A DNA stretch of 64,000 bases from an uncultured bacterium (GTDB lineage: Bacteria; Zixibacteria; MSB-5A5; CAIYYT01). The stretch lies in contig CAVSCK010000004.1 in the NCBI GenBank assembly GCA_963726455.1, forward strand, positions 384,001 to 448,000, read 5' to 3'. Position 1 is the first letter of the stretch. Each line of letters starts with the position of its first letter. The notes beneath the pieces are model-generated. The model was not told the origin of the DNA. It made no database searches and was given only the letters and a program-made list of their open reading frames with translations. This document shows, piece after piece, positions 43,255 to 51,720 of this stretch. Made by a program: the position numbers and the translations under genes.

Positions 43255-43279
43255 CCTACCGAATCTCAATATAGTCCGG

Positions 43280-46092
43280 CTACTTACAGTCTGCTCCGGG
43301 TGCTCCGCCGTCGCTGAAGATGTAATTAATCATGTACACGGCGTCAGCGATATTTATGTCTCCATCACAGTTCGTGTCCGCTGTGCTCAGTGGCGTCGGC
43401 GCCGGGCCGTCGGCGAACATGTACACGATGAAGAACACGACGTCCGCAATATCGATCGATCCCGAGCCGTCCATGTCGCCGATGATCGGGCCGGCATGAA
43501 AGCGGAAGATGTCAGCCGCCGTGTTTGGTTTGGTAGCCCGAATGATGAATTTCTGGCCCTCTTGAAAATCAGTATTCGGGTCTGTCCCACCTCTTAACTC
43601 CGGTGTCACGACATAGAGAATGTCCATATCGTAGGCATCATTATTCGGTATTTTACTGGTATAGAATTCGTCGGGACTGGCAGAGTAGGTTGAGTTGAAT
43701 ATGAACAAATACTCGCGCGATGCGACACCAGATACTCCGGGGAACCACGTAGAATCGAACGTGAGTTGGCCATTGTTCTCTACGAATGCGGCGTTTAATT
43801 GCCGTGGGGGATTCGCAGACACATCCCAAATTGTGAACGGACAGTTGAAGTAGCCGATGTATCCATAGTTGGGGTATCCACCACGCAGATAGTCGTAGGC
43901 CCTTTGAGTATTCGTTCTTGAGAAACGAACCTCGACGTCGACATAGTCGTCAGGAGTTATATTCGACCCAAAGAAGTCCGGACCCGTGAAAAGGCCACCG
44001 TAAAACAACGTGGCACCAAAATTGCAGCCCGTCATCCACCTGGTGCCGCCTTCCCAAACCCAGTCCTTAATTCCGGGCGCAGGGCTTATCGTCCGCACCA
44101 TCATACCGTCGGATACGGGGAAGTTGAAATCGTTTTCCTGATGCGTCTGGAAGGAGAAACAGAACATTCCGCTCGTCAGATCGCGTAAGTTCCAGGATCG
44201 ATCAAAATTGAAATTGACTTCGTAATCATGTCCGGTAATCTGATTCGGGTCTAGGTATTCGATAACTACCATGCCCTCACTGTTACCTGCGACGTGCACC
44301 GCTGTGTCAGAAACCAATCCCGGATTCGCTTCGGGAGTAACCTCATAGGCGATGATAGGAGTTTCCATTCGTCTCGGTCAGGTGACCCAACAGATAGCCG
44401 AATTTAGTCGAGCAAGGGAGTGATATTCAGGTGGTCGTACGAATATGCCGTCACTGCAAAGAAGTATGGTTGGCCGTTGACGAGTGGAGCTCCGTCAATT
44501 TGGCTGGCGGCGACAGTCTTGTCAAAGCGAATGCCGGAGTTCGACCCGCTCTGCACGATCACTCGTTCATAGCCGCCGTGTTCGGGGTCGTAAACATCTT
44601 TGTATATCAGGGCCACGTCGTTGACCAGATCGTAGGTGGCAAACTTGTGCCAGGGTCCGTTAATCGTCTCCCCTTGAAAGAGATTGAATCCCTCGAATTC
44701 AAATCTGACCACGCCAAAGGGGAAATCATTAACATATCCAACCGGTTCCGATCCCCAGACAATGTCAACCGAGCCGTTGCCCGGTCTGAGATAAACAGAA
44801 GGCGAGGGCATTGTACTGTTGATGTCAGAAGAACCGTACAGCTCTCGAACGAACTCCGCGTTTTGTTTCAAAACACTAACGGAACCAATAGGGTCTTGTC
44901 CTTGTCCGACAAGTACCGCGACCACTACTTCTTGCGAATCACCCGGCATCATCGTGAATGGCCCCGCATTAAGCATCATTCTCTTGTCGGCAGGAGTTCC
45001 GTCCAGCCAACCGGTAACTGTTACCGGATCGCCCGACGCAACGAACTTTGTCGGCTGCCCGTTCATCGGATTTATTACAGTTGACCCGTCGCGATTTAGC
45101 CCCTTCATATAGTTATAGGTCGCAGTCGGATTATCAGGATCAGTGCCGTTAACATAGCGATTGAATGATGTCATGGAGAGATTGCGGTGGCCTGGATACT
45201 TTCGTCCGAAGAATGCCGCCGTATCTCCTGCGCCTCCGGGTACCATCGGACCTTGCAGGAACATGAGACCCACCGCCGGCGGCGCGATACCATAGAGATT
45301 GTCAGCTCCGGAATTGTAACAGTACCCGAGCAAGTTTGCCGAATCACAGCCGACCAAGTCGTCGCTGGCCTCGCCCAGATCAGGGTCGAACCAGAAGGAC
45401 ACAAAAGTGCTGTCAAGCAAATTGCCGCCCTTATTGAAGATCTTGAAATTCATGTAGATTACGTTGCCCAGAGCGCCGGCCCGCGCAAACGCATACGAAG
45501 ACTGCCGTATCTCGACACCAAGCGGCACCGTTGAACCTGCGGCATTGGTATGCTTTGACGGATCAGCGTCATTACAAACCGACCAAGTCATTTGATCGCC
45601 AAGAACTAAAGGATTGCCGGTCGAATCGAGTGGGGCTCCCTGGTCAACCGGCCAATTTGCCCAATCGGAATTGCTTTCTGAATTGTCGCCACGGTTGATC
45701 TCATAGACTTTGAAAGCGGGTTGGTCGGGTATGTATGTGCCGTTCTGCATTGGTCCCGGCGTGTATTCCGACGTATATTCGGCTAGCGTAACTCGGGTCT
45801 GCCCTCCGATCTTTGCACCAATCCAAATCCCAGCGCCATAAATGCAGTGAAGATTGGTTCCTCTGGGATAATAAAGACCGTCATTCCGCCCCATAGATGC
45901 GGTCTTGTCGTACGCAAAATTCCCGAAATTACTGACAAACATATCGAGCGAATTGATGTTTATCCTGTGCACCGCATCAATAATGAGAGCCCGAGGTGTC
46001 ACAGTTGGTTTTATGGGTTTTGCGGGAGCGCCCCAAACTATTTGAGCGCATAGAATTAGAGCCGTCAAGAAGACTATTCCGCAGCGGTGCAT
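43280..46092 (-). CDS. Large secreted protein of unknown function with C-terminal dockerin (split by frameshifts near 44369-44406)
   Basis: Removing two single bases joins the ORFs as ITPLLD-KFGYLLGHLTET-METPII; N-terminus paralogous to 6010-8247; ends GDMDGSGSIDIAD...ADTNCDG...GADCK. Confidence 0.75.
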
Positions 46093-46130
46093 ACTGCCTC
46101 CTAAGTAATCGAGATAATTATATCACAGAC

Positions 46131-46159
46131 AGTATAATCCAAGTTGGAAAAATTGTCAA
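46131..46159 (-). promoter_or_regulatory. Near-consensus sigma70 promoter
   Basis: TTGACA-17 nt-TATACT on the minus strand, then AGGAGG SD before the ATG at 46092. Confidence 0.8.
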
Positions 46160-46184
46160 TCGCTTTTTGCGTTAGCTACTGTCA

Positions 46185-46409
46185 CCCTGATGTCTTGAGG
46201 CTGCACTGAACCCCCCATAGAACTTTCGCAACGTATCGTTGCTCTGGTGGTAGGGGAGTATAGCACCCCAAGTGATCATTCCTTTGGTCACCACAGCTGT
46301 ATATGGGCTTGCTCCGGGTTCGCCGGAGCTGAGTCGAATCAGGGAGTTAGTAAGGACTCCCTGTCCTGTCCGGAGTTAGATCGACTTCAGAGGGGTAGCA
46401 GCATCAGGG
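46185..46409. other. Highly structured intergenic element (candidate ncRNA, 3'UTR or MITE)
   Basis: Terminal CCCTGATG/CATCAGGG inverted repeat enclosing at least five hairpins. Confidence 0.4.
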
Positions 46410-46411
46410 AT

Positions 46412-46939
46412 TCACTTGCAGCTCGCACAAGGCGCCGGACCACCACTGAAGATATACTGGATCACATACACGGCATCTGAGATATCAACTGCCAGATCGC
46501 AATTGGCGTCCCCGGCGGCCAGCGGATTCGGAGCGGGACCGCCGGCGAAAATGTATTGAATCAGATGAACAGCGTCTGAGATGTCGACCGAGCCGTCCCC
46601 ACTGGCGTCGCCGCACACATATGTCTTGAAGGCCTGCCAGTACCCCTGGCTGACGCCGTAGTTCGTCGAAGTCCCGCGACCGACTACCGTTTGGCCCGCA
46701 GTTCCTGTTAGAGCAAAATGTGTCGAGGATCCATGATTGCCGCCGGCCGATACGACCTGCCACTTGATTCGCTCTCCGGTCCGCGGAGAATTCGATGCGG
46801 GTGGTGCTGTTTGTCCAGTGCCGTTTATTTCATTTGACTTGGTTGCATCCGACGTCCTGACGTCAGAGCCAAAGGCGTTGGTTAGACCCAGCAAAGACAA
46901 GGTGGCAATCAACAGCGGGAAGTACTTTATTTTATTCAT
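46412..46939 (-). CDS. Small secreted protein with C-terminal dockerin (putative fibre adaptor)
   Basis: Signal peptide; WQVVSAGG..GSS....LTGTAGQ......S..Y.VSQGYWQ domain; CGDASGDG...GDANCD...PCASCK; abuts the fibre gene. Confidence 0.85.
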   Translation of the reverse strand: MNKIKYFPLLIATLSLLGLTNAFGSDVRTSDATKSNEINGTGQTAPPASNSPRTGERIKWQVVSAGGNHGSSTHFALTGTAGQTVVGRGTSTNYGVSQGYWQAFKTYVCGDASGDGSVDISDAVHLIQYIFAGGPAPNPLAAGDANCDLAVDISDAVYVIQYIFSGGPAPCASCK

Positions 46940-46948
46940 TAGGTCCAC

Positions 46949-48895
46949 CTACTTTCCTAGATCGTGTTTTAGCGCCGCCATCTCAGCCTGGAGAGCCATT
47001 ATCGCCGCCTTCAGCCGATCGTTTTCACATTTCACTGTCTCAACATTACCTTTCAACTGTTCCTTTTCTTTTTCCAGGGTTTGGATAGCGATCATCATTA
47101 TCCCCGCCATATCACCGGAGTTGATGGTTGTCGGCGTTCCGCTGGTGCCGACACCGTCCTGCCCAAAGGCTGCAAAGAAGTCCTGGGCAACCGGGCCGTA
47201 ATGGCGGAACCTCTGCGGGTCCTGGCCTTTGTAGTTCCAGCTAGTGAGATTCATGCTTTGAATCTTTCTGAGAACTTCATCACCGTCTACAGGCGCGAAG
47301 TTCTCCTTTTGATTTCTGTCCGAGGTGTAGGTATATGCGACTTGGCCTTCGATGACTGTGACGGATGAGTTGCCCAGACGAATCTTGTTGCTGGTATTGA
47401 CGACTGCTCCATTGCCGATAGCCGTGGCGTTAGTCAGCAGGCCGGAGGTAACATTCGCTGCGTATCCTAACGCCGTGTTACCGCTACCGGACGTATTGAG
47501 ATCAAGTGCATACATCCCAATGGCGGTGTTGCCTACACCGTCAGTGTTGCTCCCAAGCGCGCTTAGTCCGGTGGCCGTGTTACCGCTACCGCTGGTATTG
47601 CTCTGGAGCGCACTCAATCCGCTGGCAGAGTTGTAGCTGCCAGTCGTGTTGCTGTAGAGCGCTCCGCTGCCGTTAGCAGTATTTTGATTACCAGTGGTGT
47701 TGCGTAGGAGTGCATCGACCCCACTTGCAGTATTGTTGTTACCGGTGGTGTTACCGGAGAGGGCACCCCTTCCGCTGGCGGTATTCTTGTAGCCCGAAGT
47801 ATTGTTTAGGAGCGCGCTATCCCCGGTTGCGGTGTTGTAATTGCCCGTCGTGTTTCCAAAGAGAGAATTGGTCCCGTTAGCGGTATTGTAGCTGCCGGTA
47901 GTGTTGTGGAAAAGTGCAAGGTGACCACTAGCGGTATTAAATGTACCGGTTGTGTTGTTGTAAAGAGAACTGTCCCCGGTTGCAGTGTTGCGGTCGCCGG
48001 TAGTATTGTAGTAAAGTGCACCTCCTCCGGTGGCAGTGTTCGAACCTCCGGTAGTATTGGAGTACAGTGCCCAGGTGCCACTGGCAGTGTTGAAGTTGCC
48101 TTCGGTGTTGCTTTGGAGCGCTCGTGTCCCGTTGGCCGTGTTGGAAGAACCGGTCGAATTTAATCCTAGGGCTACAGACCCGGTTGCGGTGTTCCCAGAA
48201 CCGGTCGTGTTACTGGAAAGTGCGCTGCCTCCGATAGCTGTGTTCAGGTTGCCGGTAGTATTGGACCATAGTGCGGAGCTGCCATCGGCGGTGTTGCTGA
48301 TTCCGGAAGTGTTATTACTGAGCGTACCAGAACCCGTGCCCGTGTTGTAACTCCCGGTCATCGTCGTCACGTTGCCGGCATTCGTGCCGATGAAAGTATT
48401 TCCGGTGCCGAAATTGTGAATGAAAAGAAATCCACCTTTCAGGATGTTGCCCGACGTTACGCCGGATGTGTCTAGCTCGATGTTGCCTCCGATTGCGCCG
48501 CCAGTGGAACCGTCAAGTGTGCTGATCCGGAATGCATACGGAGCAGTCACAAGCCGAGTCCGGGGAACGATTTCGGGATCAGTACCAATCTTGATTCCGA
48601 GATAGGTAACGGAGCTTTCAAAGCTTGCATTCGTAATTGGCGTGATCGATCCCAGGTCAACCGTAAAGAGACCATTGGAGGTAGTCACAGACTGGGTTTC
48701 CGTCCAGATCGCAGTACCACCTGCGGCAACGTTGTATATTGAGAAGACCACCGAATAAGAACCGTCCGTAACGGGCGTTCCTCCGCTTGTCATGAGAGTC
48801 CCCTGGTAGTTTATCATCGTGGGCGGGGCCGCGAATACACTCGCTGCCAGCATCGCCAGTAGTAATGCCATGATGATAGGTGAATTAAAACGCAT
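46949..48895 (-). CDS. Secreted trimeric fibre/adhesin with 17-aa beta-roll repeats and a peptidase S74 intramolecular chaperone
   Basis: Signal peptide; APPTMINYQG N-domain; ~18 NTAxGxxALxxNTxG repeats; TSDRNQKEN...WNYK...HYGPVAQDF; C-terminal coiled coil. Confidence 0.88.
   Translation of the reverse strand: MRFNSPIIMALLLAMLAASVFAAPPTMINYQGTLMTSGGTPVTDGSYSVVFSIYNVAAGGTAIWTETQSVTTSNGLFTVDLGSITPITNASFESSVTYLGIKIGTDPEIVPRTRLVTAPYAFRISTLDGSTGGAIGGNIELDTSGVTSGNILKGGFLFIHNFGTGNTFIGTNAGNVTTMTGSYNTGTGSGTLSNNTSGISNTADGSSALWSNTTGNLNTAIGGSALSSNTTGSGNTATGSVALGLNSTGSSNTANGTRALQSNTEGNFNTASGTWALYSNTTGGSNTATGGGALYYNTTGDRNTATGDSSLYNNTTGTFNTASGHLALFHNTTGSYNTANGTNSLFGNTTGNYNTATGDSALLNNTSGYKNTASGRGALSGNTTGNNNTASGVDALLRNTTGNQNTANGSGALYSNTTGSYNSASGLSALQSNTSGSGNTATGLSALGSNTDGVGNTAIGMYALDLNTSGSGNTALGYAANVTSGLLTNATAIGNGAVVNTSNKIRLGNSSVTVIEGQVAYTYTSDRNQKENFAPVDGDEVLRKIQSMNLTSWNYKGQDPQRFRHYGPVAQDFFAAFGQDGVGTSGTPTTINSGDMAGIMMIAIQTLEKEKEQLKGNVETVKCENDRLKAAIMALQAEMAALKHDLGK
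47460..48400 (-). repeat. ~18 degenerate 51-bp coding repeats
   Basis: 17-aa period NTA(T/S/N/I)G..AL..NT(T/S)G.. in the translation. Confidence 0.85.
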
Positions 48896-49000
48896 AGTTG
48901 TCTCCTGGTGATTGGGTTCCTGGTTTCCTATTCTTAAATGGATGGTACTGTGATCGAAACGACCAGTACATGTACTTCTGAAATGCCCAGCGTTGTCCTC

Positions 49001-51694
49001 TTATTTGCAGGCGGCGCACGGTGCGGGTCCGCCGGAGAAAATGTAGCCGATGAGATACACCGCGTCTGAGATGTCGATCGACACGTCACAGTTGGCATCA
49101 CCTGCGAGAAGCGGAACCGGGGCTGGGCCTCCCGAGAAGATGTAGGCGATCAGGTGGACCGCGTCGGAAATGTCAATACTCCCGCCTCCGTCAGCGTCAC
49201 CGCAAACGTAGTCGCAGGCATCGCCGATGCCGTTGTGATTACTGTCGACTTGAGAGGGATTGGCGACAGTCGGGCAGTTGTCGCAGACATCGCCTATACC
49301 GTCCGCGTCTGTATCTGTTTGTAGAGGATTCGCTACTACAATGCAATTGTCACAGGCGTCACCTATGCCATCGCCATCAGAATCTGTCTGGATTGGATTC
49401 GCATTGATTGGGCAGTTGTCACACGCATCACCTACACCATCGCCGTCAGCGTCTTGCTGAGCAGCATTGGCAACACTCGGACAGTTATCTGATCCATCAA
49501 CCACTCCGTCGCAATCAAAATCGTTTTCACAGAAGGTCACTTTGGCCACGAAGGCGTCTTGAGCACCATTCCAACTGCCGTCAAAAGGAGTAGCGGTTGG
49601 GAAATCGGAAGACTGCGTATATCCTGTCACGTACGCGCTCCCCACCACGTCCACTGCGATGCCAGAGGCTCTCTCCTCATTGCTGCCCCCCAGGTAACTG
49701 CTATAGACCAGGATATTTCCGGCCGCACTCAGTTTCGTAACAAAGGCATCATAATTACCATTCCAGCTGCCGTCAAAAGGAGTAGCGGTAGGAAAATTGG
49801 AAGAACTAGTCTCTCCCGTCACGTAAGCGCTCCCCACCCCATCTACCGCGATTCCCTTGCCAGCGTCACCATTAATACCGCCAAGATAGCTGCTGTAGAC
49901 GAGGCTATTGCCGGCGGGACTCAGCTTTGTCACAAAAGCGTCATAATATCCATTCAAGCTGCCGGCAAAGGGATTAGCGGTCGGGAAATTGGGAGAAACG
50001 GTCTTTCCCGTAACGTACGCACTCCCCGTCCCGTCCACCGCGATGCCCGCGCCACCATCATCACCACTGCCACCCAGATAACTGCTGTAGACCAGGCTAT
50101 TGCCGCCCGGACTCACCTTCGTCACAAAAGCGTCATACACTCCCTCAATGGTACCGTCAAAAGGGGTGACGGTCGGGAAATCGGATGAAGAGGTCAATCC
50201 CGTAACGTACGCGCTCCCCGCACCATCCACCGCTATGCCCTCGCCCACTTCACTACTACTGCCGCCGAGATAACTGCTGTAGACCAGGCTGCTGCCAACC
50301 GGGCTAAATTTTGTTACGAAGGCGTCCTGGCCGCCATTGTAGCTGCCGTCAAAGGGAGTAACGGTTGGAAAATCGGATGAGAAGGTCTGTCCCGTCACGT
50401 AGGCGCTCCCCGTACCATCCACCGCGATGCCCCAGCCATCGTCAGTACTACTGCCACCGAGATAAGTACTGTAGACCAAGGCATTGCCACTCGGACTTAG
50501 TTTCATCACAAAGGCGTCATAATTACCAGTCAAACTACCGTCAAGAGGTGAAGCTGTAGGGAAATCGGATGAAAAAGTAATTCCCGTCACGTAAGCGCTT
50601 CCCGCCCCATCCACTGCGATGCCCTTGCCCTGATCACTACCGCTGCCACCGAAATAACTGCTGTAAACCAGATTATCGCCGCCCGGATTCATTTTCGTCA
50701 CGAAGACGTCGTAATTTCCATTCCAGCTGGCGTCAAAAGGAGTAACGGTAGGGAAATCGGCGGAAAAGGTGATTCCCGTAACGTATGCGTTACCAAGCCC
50801 ATCTACTGCGATGCCGTTGCCATAATCATAACTACTACCTCCGAGGTAGGTGCTGTAGGATAGCACCGGGTCGATCACCACCGGAAGCGATCGATCATAC
50901 TCAGCCCCGAGAGTGAAGCCAAAACTGTGGCTATCCGCGACTCGATACGCGCCCGAAATCGCCGTCGTCTTCGCTCCGTCCATCTGATAGACTACCGGCG
51001 CCTTCTCGGTAACAGTCCCCCAGGCCGTCTCGATCACCAGATCACCGTTTGCCGTTTACCGTCAGCGATTTGTCCCCTTCGTACTGAATTCTGATCTGCG
51101 AGTAATCAGCTCCCGGCGGTACGATGAAATCATACTCCATCTGGCGACCGTCACCGTAGTACTTCAAGTCAATCCCCGGATAAACCTCTTGGTAGGTAAC
51201 CGACGTGTAGTTGGAAACATCCGTTCGCCATTTCGATTGGTCATTACCGAGGAAGTAGTCGCACTTGTATTCAAGCAGATTATCACCGACAAGTTGCGGA
51301 TTCAGGGGTTGCACCCGACGAAGCTGGCTTTGATCATCATGGTCTCGATGCTGTCCCGTTCATGTTCAGGCAGTCGCATCTGGTCAGCCATCGCGTCAGT
51401 TCCCGTGCCTGCTGCATCCGCCTTCGGGATACGCCTCGTAAACTGATAGTAAGCGCCATTGGGTGTGAACCACATGGTTGCCCCACCGGCGTTGGCACGG
51501 AACAGCACGTGATCGTCCCACTGACCTTGATTCTGAGTAAATGCCAAGGGCATCTGGTGCATTTTCGCGACGATGTTTCCCTTGTCGTCAGCTTGATGAA
51601 TCGCACTTTTCTCAAGTGACTTTGCTGTGGTATTGGCCTGAATTGCCAGCAGGCTCAATCCCGTCATCAGCATCAGCGTTATCAACTTAGACAT
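49001..51694 (-). CDS. SBBP seven-bladed beta-propeller surface protein with TSP3 repeats and dockerin (frameshifts near 51050 and 51310)
   Basis: Three ORF pieces are colinear with the intact paralog 51721-54105 ([35 protein letters not shown]); seven YS(T/S)Y(L/F)GG repeats; DxDGDGxGDACDNC; PCAACK. Confidence 0.85.
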
Positions 51695-51720
51695 GTGATT
51701 TCTTCCTGTCGTGAGATGTT

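Noticed and set aside
44404-44406. Stop-codon readthrough or recoding joining the two ORFs
   Set aside because: The downstream ORF is in a different frame; two single-base insertions explain the join better
46185-46409. Assignment as SRP RNA, tmRNA, RNase P RNA or tRNA
   Set aside because: The hallmark motifs (SRP helix-8 CAGG..GRAAGG.AGCAG, tRNA-like T-loop/CCA, GAGGAAAGUCC) were not found in the right arrangement
46949-48895. Prophage tail fibre or prophage region
   Set aside because: It has a Sec signal peptide, and no integrase, capsid, terminase or other tail genes are nearby
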